Source of the DNA: Promethearchaeia archaeon
GTDB taxonomy: Archaea > Asgardarchaeota > Lokiarchaeia > Sigyniarchaeales > SOKP01
DNA length: 64,000 nt
NCBI GenBank assembly: GCA_029856045.1
Contig: JAHQWG010000043.1
Location: forward strand, 1-64,000
Reading direction: 5' to 3'
Shown: in pieces, positions 1 to 9,492 of the stretch
How positions within the stretch are numbered: the stretch's first letter is position 1
Layout: the number at the start of each line of letters is the position of its first letter
Notes under the pieces: generated by a model
Databases searched by the model: none
What the model saw: only the letters and a program-made list of their open reading frames with translations
What the model was told of the DNA's origin: nothing
Program-made: the position numbers and the translations under genes

Positions 1-1257
1 GAATATATAGTATATGGGCTTACTTACATTCAAATCATTGATGTTGATAGTCAATCTACAATTAGTAAAATTCCCACAACTAATTTAAATACATTTGGTA
101 GTTCTACGACTGCGGGAAAAATTGATTTTAGCTCAAAGGGTGTTGGTTATAGATTATTAATTTCTTATGAAGATTTTGATGGAGATAATTACCTTGATCA
201 TGTAGGTTTGTATAATTATTACTCAGAACAAGTTGATATGTGGGTTTATGGTAAAGAATTCATAGTATATAGCGGAAATTCGGCAGATAATGATTCAATT
301 ATTTTGTTTAGAAAATTATTTGGAAACACAGATGTACCATCGAGTAGTACTTCAAATCAAAATAAACTTAAAATGCCATTTGCATCAATTGGAGATTGCA
401 ATAATGATGGAATATTAGATGTAATAATCGGATTACAGGCAGAGAGTTATGGATCTGGTTGGGGGGATTACTGTAAAGGATCAGAAATAAGGTTTTATGA
501 TATTTCTAGCAGTGATGAAAATAATGCAATTGAACTAACTGAATATTATTGGGAACTAGATCCTTTTAGCTGTCTTATGCCTTATTATACGCCATCATAT
601 GAATTTTTTGATTCTATTGAAAATATTGGAGATATAAATGGAGATAACAAAGGTGAGACTCTTATTGAGCGTAATTCATATATAAAAACAACGACTCAAT
701 ATTATACTGCAGTTCCGACTACTGAAATATTTGATGTAATTAATCGAACTATGCTTTATAGATTTAAGATGGATATTGACTCTATATTTCCAATTATTGA
801 TTTAAATGAAGATGGAAAAAAAGAACTTTTAGTTAGTAGTGGCGAATTAATATTCTGTGTAAATTCAAAATTTAAGATTCAAATTTTAAACCCACTGGAT
901 GAACAAGCACTAACTTCGCATAATTTTAACATTGAATGGGAGACAGATTCAAATTATGATTTTTTCGAAGTTTTCGTAGAAGGAATTAGTCAGGGATCTA
1001 CAACATCAAAAATTATTCCTGTTTCTTTAAGTTCTGGGTGGAAACAAATTAATATCGTTATGTATGATAGAAGTGGTTTAATTATAGCTATTAATACAAT
1101 AAACGTATTAGTTGCCCCTAATTTAATTCAATATATTTTAACTTTTGTTATTGTTGGTGTAGCTGTTGGAGGTTTCATTGTTTATAGGCGATTTAGGAAA
1201 AAAGAAAAAGAAATGGTTTTAATTGATAAAAAAATCAATGAAGGAGGGAAAAAATAG
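1..1257 (+). CDS. FG-GAP/VCBS-repeat surface protein with C-terminal membrane anchor (5' partial)
   Basis: Frame is open from base 1. Repeated Ca-binding DxDxDG motifs (DFDGDNYLD, DCNNDGILD, DINGDNKGE, DLNEDGKKE), an Ig-like segment, a C-terminal TM helix and a basic tail. Confidence 0.75.
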   Translation, partial: EYIVYGLTYIQIIDVDSQSTISKIPTTNLNTFGSSTTAGKIDFSSKGVGYRLLISYEDFDGDNYLDHVGLYNYYSEQVDMWVYGKEFIVYSGNSADNDSIILFRKLFGNTDVPSSSTSNQNKLKMPFASIGDCNNDGILDVIIGLQAESYGSGWGDYCKGSEIRFYDISSSDENNAIELTEYYWELDPFSCLMPYYTPSYEFFDSIENIGDINGDNKGETLIERNSYIKTTTQYYTAVPTTEIFDVINRTMLYRFKMDIDSIFPIIDLNEDGKKELLVSSGELIFCVNSKFKIQILNPLDEQALTSHNFNIEWETDSNYDFFEVFVEGISQGSTTSKIIPVSLSSGWKQINIVMYDRSGLIIAINTINVLVAPNLIQYILTFVIVGVAVGGFIVYRRFRKKEKEMVLIDKKINEGGKK

Positions 1258-2223
1258 ATGACACAAAAAAAAATGAAAATCAATTATGAAGTATGGAGTG
1301 AAAGATTAACGAAAATATATGGAGATGGAAAAGAAAAGTTAGAAGCGGTATCAAAAATTGATCTCCGTGTAGCACCTGGGATTCATGGATTTCTTGGACC
1401 AAATGGAGCTGGAAAAACAACTACTTATAATATGTTGGTAGGTGCTATTTCAATTACGGAAGGAGAGGCTAAAATAAGAGAACTAAAAGCTGGGTCTGTT
1501 GCCGCTAAACAACTAATTGGCTTTCTCCCCCAAGATCCAGTTTTTTATGAGGATATGGCTGGTGAAGATTATTTAATATACATGGGACAATTAGGTGGTT
1601 TACAAGCAAAAGAAGCAAAAAGAAAAGCTCAAGAATGGTTAAATTATTTTGACCTCTTTAATGAAAGAGAAAGGGAAATTGGGAAATATTCTGGTGGCAT
1701 GAAGCAAAAGATTGGTATTGCAGCAGCCTTAATACATGATCCCAAAGTTTTAATCTTAGATGAACCCACGGCTAATTTAGATCCACTTGGGAGAGTAGAT
1801 GTTATCCAAAAAATTAAAGAATTATCAGAAAAAGTTAGCGTATTTGTTTCAAGCCATATTTTATCTGAAATTGAGCAAATGTGTGAAGATGTTACAATGA
1901 TAAACCATGGTAAAATTGTTGTATCTGATTCAATTAAGAATATAAAGAAAAGCTTTGTTAGTAATTTATATATTTTAGATACTGATATGAATGAAAAATT
2001 CTTGGAAATTTTGAAAAATGAGGATTTTATCTCAAAAGCAAGAATTGAAGAAATCGATGGTAAAATTCACATCATCCCCAAAGATCCAGAAAAACTGAGA
2101 AAAATAATACCCAAAATGCTAATTGAAAATAAGGCTACATTATTAAGCTTCCATCAACCTGAGTTATCATTACAAGATATTTTTATGGAAATTATGTCAA
2201 AAAAGGAGGATGATGAGAAATGA
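1258..2223 (+). CDS. ABC-2 type transporter ATP-binding protein
   Basis: Walker A GPNGAGKTT, signature YSGGMKQ, Walker B LILDEPT, H-loop SSH. Confidence 0.95.
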   Translation: MTQKKMKINYEVWSERLTKIYGDGKEKLEAVSKIDLRVAPGIHGFLGPNGAGKTTTYNMLVGAISITEGEAKIRELKAGSVAAKQLIGFLPQDPVFYEDMAGEDYLIYMGQLGGLQAKEAKRKAQEWLNYFDLFNEREREIGKYSGGMKQKIGIAAALIHDPKVLILDEPTANLDPLGRVDVIQKIKELSEKVSVFVSSHILSEIEQMCEDVTMINHGKIVVSDSIKNIKKSFVSNLYILDTDMNEKFLEILKNEDFISKARIEEIDGKIHIIPKDPEKLRKIIPKMLIENKATLLSFHQPELSLQDIFMEIMSKKEDDEK

Positions 2224-3251
2224 AAAATGAACAATCAAGCCCTACTAAAGAAATTAAGCCTGGAGCTAAGAAATTAAATAATAAATTCTTTGAATCACTG
2301 AAAACTTGGTTTGGTAAATATATTTCAATAAAAACATTTATAATAATTAGAAAAACGTTTTTTGATATATGTTCACTAAAAAAAATTATAATAACTATTA
2401 TCGCAATGCTATCTCTTCCATTTATCTTTATGCTCATGCCAACGGGTATCGATTTCGGTTTAATCTCATCACATCACGCTGCAACAATAATAGGTATAGC
2501 AATTCTTTTTCCTGTATTCTTTTGGACTCTGGGAATTGCATATACAGCTATTATCGGAACTTCTGGATCACATCTTATTGCTGAAGAAGTAAGTTCAGGG
2601 ACAATGCTGATATTAGTGAGTAAGCCAATTAGTCGTATTAAAATTTTCTTGGGTAAATATTTAGCAGTCATTTTCTTTGGAATGTTAATAAGTTTTATTT
2701 CCATCTTTACAATTGGATGGAGTGGAGTATTAATAAAGTCAGGAAATATTGACCATTTTATTAGCTTAATACCATTCTTAACTGCTTTGTATCTCTATAG
2801 TGTTTTTATCGTATTTTTATTCACAAGTATTACAATGGCGTTTTCTTCGATATTCAAAAAATCAAGAACTGCATCGATAGTTGTATTGATATTAATAATT
2901 TTATCATTTCTTGCCTTTATGATAATTAGAACTCTTACAGGTGCTTTATATGGAATGTTCCAAATTTATCACTTCGATCTTGGTTATCATTTAGGAAATG
3001 TTTTTGTTCTATTTATTGAAACATTGAATGCTATTCCACCCTCAGCAGCTTGGCAAAGTTTTTTCGGACAAATGACCGGAGTATATAGCCTAACTTCAAC
3101 TATAGACCCTGATCAAGGAATAAACCTTGGTGGTTTAGAAAAAACAAATTATTATTTGCCGGTTTTTTCACTATTGATTTGGATTTTAATCGCTGCACTA
3201 CTTTTGTTCTTTGGTATATGGAGTCTAAAGAGACGAGAAATATCCGTTTAA
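2220..3251 (+). CDS. ABC-2 type transporter permease
   Basis: Multiple TM helices and the motif IAEEVSSGTMLILVSKPISRxxIFLGKY. ATGA overlap with the ATPase gene. Confidence 0.9.
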   Translation: MKNEQSSPTKEIKPGAKKLNNKFFESLKTWFGKYISIKTFIIIRKTFFDICSLKKIIITIIAMLSLPFIFMLMPTGIDFGLISSHHAATIIGIAILFPVFFWTLGIAYTAIIGTSGSHLIAEEVSSGTMLILVSKPISRIKIFLGKYLAVIFFGMLISFISIFTIGWSGVLIKSGNIDHFISLIPFLTALYLYSVFIVFLFTSITMAFSSIFKKSRTASIVVLILIILSFLAFMIIRTLTGALYGMFQIYHFDLGYHLGNVFVLFIETLNAIPPSAAWQSFFGQMTGVYSLTSTIDPDQGINLGGLEKTNYYLPVFSLLIWILIAALLLFFGIWSLKRREISV

Positions 3252-3261
3252 ATTCTAATTC

Positions 3262-3302
3262 AATTCCTTTTTTTTTTAATTTCAATTCTTTAATCTTTTT
3301 TA
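3262..3302 (+). terminator. U-rich archaeal-type terminator region between convergent genes
   Basis: Long T runs just after the permease stop. A-runs nearby form the reverse-strand equivalent. Confidence 0.4.
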
Positions 3303-3361
3303 ACTAGGTAAAATGAATTTAAATCATTGAAAAAAAATGAAAATAAGAAAAAATTTTATTA

Positions 3362-5029
3362 TTATTTTTTAGCTTTCTTTTTCTTTTCAGCAATTCTAAA
3401 TGATTTTAATTCTTGAGAAAGTCGGCTTCTAGATTGTCCTTTAGCTGCCATATAACTTGCTTTTGGAGATGCTGCAACTTCTTTTTGTTCAGATTCCATT
3501 TCTTCTAATTCATCATCTAAAAATTCTAAACTCTCAGAAAATGCGTTTTGCGAATAATCGGCGCCTATAGACTTCAAACGATTTAACTCATTTAACATTT
3601 CACTTTTTAATCCGCTTAATTGCTTTTTAGACTTATCTGCTTTACCTGCATAATAAGATGTACCTGCAGATTGAATATTCATCATGGCATTAAGCTTTTG
3701 ATCGTATTTAGCTACAAATTCATTTTCATCTTTTGTGATTTTTACTCTATCATTAATAACTCGTAATCTTTTACGTCCATCTTTATCTTTATATTCCACT
3801 TGTAATTGAATCGGAATTTCTTCTTTTTTAGCTTCTTTAATAACTTTTGGTGCTTCTAATTCAATAAATAATTCCCGGTCTTCAGTTATTGCTCCTAAAT
3901 TAACTTCAGATTCTTTTACTGTTTCTTTAGAACTGAATGCTCCTGTAATATTTCTTATATTTATTATTTTTGGAGTGATAATCTTAACTTTTACATCTTT
4001 ACCAAGATATTTGGTCTGCCTTAATTGTGTAAAAATAGACTCCATTTCTTGACTTGAAACTAAAAATAATTTTCCTCCCGTTTTATCAGTTAATTTCCCT
4101 AAAATTTGTAAACCCATTTCATTATTATCACCATGTGTAGATACTCCTACTACATCAACAACGATATTTAATTGATTGCATAATTCTGACATCTTTTCAT
4201 AAAATTTTTCAGCTCCCACACTTGTACCAGATAAATTTCCAACTCCTTGATTTGCTAATCCATCTGTTAAAAGAGTTATTCTCCCAGTAGATTGAAATTT
4301 TTCAAATGAATTTATTCCAAAATATAAGGCAGGTCCTAATGCAGTCATATCCATAGACCTTAATTCTTGAACTTTTCTAACCCATCCATCAGCAAATTCT
4401 CCTATTGAACCTAACCGTTCTTTAACAATGGATTTTTTTAATTGTTCTTTCATTTTCCCCAAGTTGAATAATAAATCACCACTAAACCTTATTGGGTCTT
4501 TATCATGCCTTAAATAATAATAAACTGAACTTTCAAATGCAATAAGGATATATTTAGTAGTTGGAGAATTTAGTTTGAAATCCTTTATTGTTTGAATAAG
4601 CGATTTTTTGACAGCCTCAATCTTTGCCCCACTCATACTTCCTGAAATATCTATGATGGAGATATATAATTCTCCCTCTATTGCTCCTACTTTAGTAATC
4701 TCTTCTTCCGTTTTTGGTTCTTTTTTAATAATATCCTCAATTATAAAATCAATATCATCTGGAAAGGATTCTACAATTTGTTCTTTATCAATAACATTAA
4801 CGGTTCCGCAATATTCGCATTTATAATAAGTCCCAATTTTAGAATCTTCCTGAATTAATTCTATATTAGTTAAAATAGCTCCACATTGACTGCATCTTAT
4901 GGGTTCTGTAGTTATTTTCTTTTTTGCCTTAGTCTTTAAACCCTTGAAATTAATTGAATAAATATAAGGATATAAACTAGGTTTGGAAGGAGATTTTTCT
5001 AAAAATTTATCAAATGATCTTTTAAACAT
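3362..5029 (-). CDS. Sec23/Sec24-like protein (zinc finger + vWA trunk + beta-sandwich + helical region)
   Basis: PIRCSQCGAIL..YKCEYCGTVN zinc finger, MIDAS DISGSMS, TALGPAL, LLTDGLANQG, LTDKTGG, and QVEYKDKDGRKRLRV resembling the Sec23/24 beta-sandwich. Confidence 0.7.
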   Translation of the reverse strand: MFKRSFDKFLEKSPSKPSLYPYIYSINFKGLKTKAKKKITTEPIRCSQCGAILTNIELIQEDSKIGTYYKCEYCGTVNVIDKEQIVESFPDDIDFIIEDIIKKEPKTEEEITKVGAIEGELYISIIDISGSMSGAKIEAVKKSLIQTIKDFKLNSPTTKYILIAFESSVYYYLRHDKDPIRFSGDLLFNLGKMKEQLKKSIVKERLGSIGEFADGWVRKVQELRSMDMTALGPALYFGINSFEKFQSTGRITLLTDGLANQGVGNLSGTSVGAEKFYEKMSELCNQLNIVVDVVGVSTHGDNNEMGLQILGKLTDKTGGKLFLVSSQEMESIFTQLRQTKYLGKDVKVKIITPKIINIRNITGAFSSKETVKESEVNLGAITEDRELFIELEAPKVIKEAKKEEIPIQLQVEYKDKDGRKRLRVINDRVKITKDENEFVAKYDQKLNAMMNIQSAGTSYYAGKADKSKKQLSGLKSEMLNELNRLKSIGADYSQNAFSESLEFLDDELEEMESEQKEVAASPKASYMAAKGQSRSRLSQELKSFRIAEKKKKAKK

Positions 5030-5205
5030 ATTTTTCTCACACTAAAAATTGAACTTCCTTTTTATTCATAATAAAAAGTTTTAGAATTTAAATTTAAGTT
5101 AGAAAAAAGTATATTTTATTACAAGGTTTCAAACAATATACTATTAACATGATTTTATTCATTTTTACTAAAAATTTACTTATCTATCCCAAATAAAAAA
5201 TTAAT

Positions 5206-6063
5206 ATGATATTTATGAAAGAATTTAAAACAATTAAAATTGAAGAAAGAAACGATGGAATCTCAATCATCACATTAAACAGACCTGAAAGGTTAAATGC
5301 ACTAAATTTTGAAATGATGGAAGAACTCTATGATTACATAACTCTTTTAGAAAATAATTTTAAAATACGTGTCGTTATCTTAACCGGTGAAGGGCGTGCA
5401 TTCTCAGCTGGACTTGATTTAAAAGATAGTAGAGTCGTTATTATGAAGAAAGTTCCCGAAGAATTCCAGAGATTTAAACACCTGCTGGCAAAAGATAAAA
5501 CTAAGAGAATGATAATTGGACAAAAAATTATGACCGATATATTAATTAAGCTTAGAAAAATTCCACAACCCATAATAGCGGCAGTTAAAGGAGCTGCTCA
5601 TGGTGCAGCTTTTGGACTTGCACTTGCTTCTGACATTCGAATAGCAGGAGAAAGTGCTTATTTTTGTAATGCATTCATAAAAATAGGCGTTTCAGGTGCA
5701 GATTGTGGGAGTTCATATTGGCTCCCGCGGCTGATCGGTTATTCAAAAGCTGCAGAAATTATTTATACTGGAAGAAATGTTGAAGCAAAAGAAGCTGATC
5801 GGATAGGTCTTGTCTCGAAAGTAGTTCCTGATAGTAAAATTATTGAGGAATCAATAAAAATGGCAAAAGAAATATTTAATAAAAGTCCTATGGGAATACG
5901 ATTTACAAAGGACGCATTAAATATGAATATTGATGCACCATCTTTTGAGTCAGCAATAAAACTGGAAAATAGAACTCAAACACTTTTACTGAATACTAAC
6001 GACGCTATGGAAGGAATGTTTTCTTTTCTGGAAAGAAGAGACCCAAAATATGATGAATGGTAA
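5206..6063 (+). CDS. enoyl-CoA hydratase/isomerase (crotonase) family protein
   Basis: ITLNRPERLNAL, GRAFSAGLDL, PIIAAVKGAAHG, LALASDIRIA. Confidence 0.93.
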   Translation: MIFMKEFKTIKIEERNDGISIITLNRPERLNALNFEMMEELYDYITLLENNFKIRVVILTGEGRAFSAGLDLKDSRVVIMKKVPEEFQRFKHLLAKDKTKRMIIGQKIMTDILIKLRKIPQPIIAAVKGAAHGAAFGLALASDIRIAGESAYFCNAFIKIGVSGADCGSSYWLPRLIGYSKAAEIIYTGRNVEAKEADRIGLVSKVVPDSKIIEESIKMAKEIFNKSPMGIRFTKDALNMNIDAPSFESAIKLENRTQTLLLNTNDAMEGMFSFLERRDPKYDEW

Positions 6064-6192
6064 ATTCTTGACTTTTAAAATCTCTTATTACTTCAAAAAT
6101 ATATTCAATGAGCTAATTTAGATTCTATTAATCTAAAAATATTTAAATTAATAGAAGAACGGATGACTAAATTACATAAGTGATGTTATATT

Positions 6193-6828
6193 ATGAAGGT
6201 TGAGTTATTATCAATTACTTCCAATCCTGAAAAATTAATAGAAATTGCAGGACGTACATCTCATTTATCCTTCAATAGACAAGGAAAAAAATCTGAGAAA
6301 AATTTTATTAAAATGCTTATTAAAAGAGGGCATACTTCTGTATTAGAACATGCTTATGCTACTTTTAACATTTCTGGTGTATCGAGAGTATTAACTCATC
6401 AATTAGTTAGGCATAGATTGTGTTCATTTACTCAACAATCACAAAGATATGTATCTGAGCTTAATTTTAAATACATTGAACCGGATTCTATAAAAAAAAA
6501 TTCAAAAGCCCATTCTCTTTTTATTAAATTTATGGAAGAGGCAAGAAGAGTTTATTCAGAATTAAAAAATCTAGAAATAAGAAATGAAGATGCAAGATTT
6601 ATGTTACCTAATGCTATTGAAAGCCAAATTGTAGTTTCTGCAAATTTTAGAGAATGGCGTAATATAATAGAACTTCGTGGCAATATAGGTGCACAATGGG
6701 AAATAAGAAAATTAGTAATTAAGATTTTAAAACAATTAAAAAAAAATGCTCCTACTGCTTTTGAAGATTTTGAAATTGATCAAGAAAAGTCAACTATAAG
6801 AAAAATCAAAAATAATTTCCAAAATTAA
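6193..6828 (+). CDS. thyX: FAD-dependent thymidylate synthase
   Basis: GHTSVLEH, ThyX motif RHRLCSFTQQSQRY, EDARFMLP, AQWEIR. Confidence 0.97.
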   Translation: MKVELLSITSNPEKLIEIAGRTSHLSFNRQGKKSEKNFIKMLIKRGHTSVLEHAYATFNISGVSRVLTHQLVRHRLCSFTQQSQRYVSELNFKYIEPDSIKKNSKAHSLFIKFMEEARRVYSELKNLEIRNEDARFMLPNAIESQIVVSANFREWRNIIELRGNIGAQWEIRKLVIKILKQLKKNAPTAFEDFEIDQEKSTIRKIKNNFQN

Positions 6829-6857
6829 AATCGTTTAATTGTAAAAGGTTAAAAAAT

Positions 6858-7088
6858 TCACAGAAAAAGATACTCTTTTAATTCAGGCTTTAACTCAGAT
6901 ATACTAAAAGCATTATTCCATACCGGAACATCTTTCATTACTTCTCCAAATTTATTTAAATACTTTTTAGAGAATTGTATGACAAAAAAGTGTTCCCAAA
7001 CATAAGATTGCTCGATAAAATCCGTGTTTCGAACCAAATCACGAAAATTTTCCTTCTCTATTTCATCCCTATCATACCTTAATCTCAC
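6858..7088 (-). CDS. small hypothetical protein
   Basis: 76-aa ORF co-oriented with the upstream gene, with a GGTGA element upstream. No recognisable motif. Confidence 0.4.
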   Translation of the reverse strand: MRLRYDRDEIEKENFRDLVRNTDFIEQSYVWEHFFVIQFSKKYLNKFGEVMKDVPVWNNAFSISELKPELKEYLFL

Positions 7089-7131
7089 AACTTTAATTTT
7101 TTCTCACCTTTTATATTGAATTCTTCTTTTT

Positions 7132-7557
7132 TTAATCCTTTCTAGGAGAAATAAAATCTCCATCTATTACAACATTTAACTTATCATTATTATTAATTAT
7201 TAAACTCAACAAATTTGCTCGATTCACTTCTATAAGCTCCACAAGATCATCAATTTTAATTCTTGCTACCTCTCTAATAACATTTTTAATATCATTAAGC
7301 TTGGTTATATCCTCTTTTGTTGATATGATTTCACGTCTTATTCCCGCCACATCTATTCCATATACATTTTTTATATCTTCTAAATTATCATTTATCCATG
7401 TTTTAATGATGAAATTAATAACTCCAGACTGACTTTTTCCAAGAGTTCCAACTAAATTCTTTACAATTTTGCTATAGAATATATCCAAATTTGCAGTAAT
7501 TCTGTCGGATACTATAGTTTTTTCTATTGAATCATCAACAAATTCTTTTTCAGACAT
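7132..7557 (-). CDS. putative ribbon-helix-helix plus winged-helix DNA-binding protein
   Basis: RITANL strand followed by two helices (LVGTLGKSQSGVINFII) fits RHH. The C-terminal IKIDDLVELIEVNRANLL..VVIDGDFI looks like a wHTH. Confidence 0.5.
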   Translation of the reverse strand: MSEKEFVDDSIEKTIVSDRITANLDIFYSKIVKNLVGTLGKSQSGVINFIIKTWINDNLEDIKNVYGIDVAGIRREIISTKEDITKLNDIKNVIREVARIKIDDLVELIEVNRANLLSLIINNNDKLNVVIDGDFISPRKD

Positions 7558-7628
7558 TATTTTTCATTAATTTTTTTTTTTAATTTAATTGTTTTTTTTT
7601 AACCGACAATATTTGGAAACAAATTTTC

Positions 7629-7680
7629 ATATATAAATCTTTGCATCAGATATGATGCAGATCCGATGCATTTATATATT
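7629..7680. promoter_or_regulatory. divergent TATA boxes flanking a palindromic operator candidate
   Basis: TTTATATAT on the minus strand (7629-7637) and plus strand (7671-7679). Between them lie TGCATCA-gata-TGATGCA (7642-7659) and a further GATGCA (7665-7670). Confidence 0.5.
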
Positions 7681-7753
7681 ATAAGCGTGATATATGGATC
7701 GTACAAAAATTTTTATATCAGAAATAAATTTTTGTTAGAGGTTGTGTGGTTGT

Positions 7754-8368
7754 ATGTTAGAATTGGCTAATACAAAGGAAAGGATTATTGTAGAGATAAT
7801 TAATAAAGGGCAGTTGCATCTTGAGGATCTTGGTGTTCCGAAAAAGATATCGGTATATACATCATCAATTATGTTTCGATATTTAGAGGAGGGGAGAATT
7901 CCTCAGAGTATTTTGAATTATTTCGTTGCTGCTTTATATGTTGCCCAGCGTCATCCATTATCTTTCCCGATGCACAGGAAGAAGTCGAAATTTTGTGATT
8001 TATATATGATTGAGGAAGGTTCTTTAGATTATTGTGTTAATGAGATAGTTAGGGTATTGGGTTTCAGAAAGATTTTGGACGATAAGAATTATCCATATTT
8101 TTTGGACCCGCTTGATTTAGGTTTGAAGATTATTAAGAATATGGTTGAGAAGGAATGTCAGGAGGAGTTGGTGCATTTTTTTAGAAGCAGTATTCTGGTA
8201 GATGCACAATTTTTGAGTGAGAAATTAACTACGATGGTAATTTTTGAGATGCGAGTTTTCCACGATGAGTTATTTCGGCAGATTTATGAGATTATTTACG
8301 GGCTTGTATCGGATGAGTTGAAGGAATATAATAATTACGTGAAGTTGCAAAAGGAAGTTTTTATTTAA
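7754..8368 (+). CDS. cyclin/TFIIB-fold-like hypothetical protein
   Basis: LEDLGVPKKISVYTSSIMFRY...FVAALYVAQR resembles the cyclin-box helices of TFIIB repeats. ATG at 7754 (the track starts at TTG 7742). Confidence 0.5.
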   Translation: MLELANTKERIIVEIINKGQLHLEDLGVPKKISVYTSSIMFRYLEEGRIPQSILNYFVAALYVAQRHPLSFPMHRKKSKFCDLYMIEEGSLDYCVNEIVRVLGFRKILDDKNYPYFLDPLDLGLKIIKNMVEKECQEELVHFFRSSILVDAQFLSEKLTTMVIFEMRVFHDELFRQIYEIIYGLVSDELKEYNNYVKLQKEVFI

Positions 8369-8477
8369 CTCTTTTTTTCTTTTTTTAAGTAGATTATTTA
8401 ATCTTTTATCATAAAAACATTTATATATTTTAGTTTAACTTTGTTTTACAACCAATAATAATGAATTGGTGTATTTT

Positions 8478-9491
8478 ATGAGCAAATCTAAAAAAGAATA
8501 TTATGTCCGAGATTTAATTATCGATGATGAATATGGTATAATTGATTCTAATGTTTCAATTCAAGATGCTGCTAAAAAAATGAAGGAGCTAGGAGTGCCG
8601 GATTTAGTGGTTGTTGAAAAGGAGTCAAACAAGGTCCTTGGGGTTATAGCAGATTTTGATATAGTTCAGAATGTAGTTGCAGAAGGTATTGATCCAAAAT
8701 CTGCAAAGGTTATTTCAGCAATGTATACAATTACTTCTGTATCATTAGACACTCCGGTTTCCGAAGCATTTACAAGGATGCGAGATTTACAAGTTAATGT
8801 AGTTCCCGTGGTTGATAAAGAAAAACTTATTGGGGTATGTACAATTCAAGACTGTTGGGATTATATTCCAGATGTAAGTGAAGATGAAATAGGTCTTATT
8901 CCAGTTGCAGATCCAAAAAACGCAGAATTCTGGTTTACAAGTGTATGTTCAATTTTAGCGTTCGTCTTGGGTATCCTTTTACCTCTTGTTGGAGTTTTTG
9001 GATACTTTTCAGCAAATCAAACAGATCTTATGAATTTTTTTGGCATGGCTGAAGTTAGAGGAGGAGAAATTACTTTTTATTTATTTGAAGCGCGTGGCAC
9101 GGATTTCTTTGTTCCTTTAAGTAACTTAATAACTAGAAATGGTATTATATGGGCAATATTAGTTACTTGTAGTTTCTTAATACTAATTATTGGTATTATA
9201 GGTTTATTCTCTTTAATTTATACAAGTTTTTCTGATGCTAGGAATATTAAAACGGGGCGTATTGTACGAAAAGTGATTCCATGGTTAATTATCGTTTTTC
9301 TAATCCTTGAATGGGTGTTTTTCATTGTTGGATTTATGACTGTAGCACCTCCTGTTAATGTATTGGTTGATGGCGTTGGGTTATTTATGTCAATTATTTC
9401 AGTGATACTATTTCTTCTGGCTATCAATCGTGACTATTTGTTCCGTCAAAAAGGAACATCTAAGTCCATTACAGATGAGGTGTCGATGTAA
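8478..9491 (+). CDS. CBS-pair domain membrane protein
   Basis: Two CBS repeats (SIQDAAKKMKELGV..VLGVIADFDI; PVSEAFTRMRDLQVNVVPVV..LIGVCTIQD) followed by about 4 TM helices. Confidence 0.85.
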   Translation: MSKSKKEYYVRDLIIDDEYGIIDSNVSIQDAAKKMKELGVPDLVVVEKESNKVLGVIADFDIVQNVVAEGIDPKSAKVISAMYTITSVSLDTPVSEAFTRMRDLQVNVVPVVDKEKLIGVCTIQDCWDYIPDVSEDEIGLIPVADPKNAEFWFTSVCSILAFVLGILLPLVGVFGYFSANQTDLMNFFGMAEVRGGEITFYLFEARGTDFFVPLSNLITRNGIIWAILVTCSFLILIIGIIGLFSLIYTSFSDARNIKTGRIVRKVIPWLIIVFLILEWVFFIVGFMTVAPPVNVLVDGVGLFMSIISVILFLLAINRDYLFRQKGTSKSITDEVSM

Positions 9492-9492
9492 G

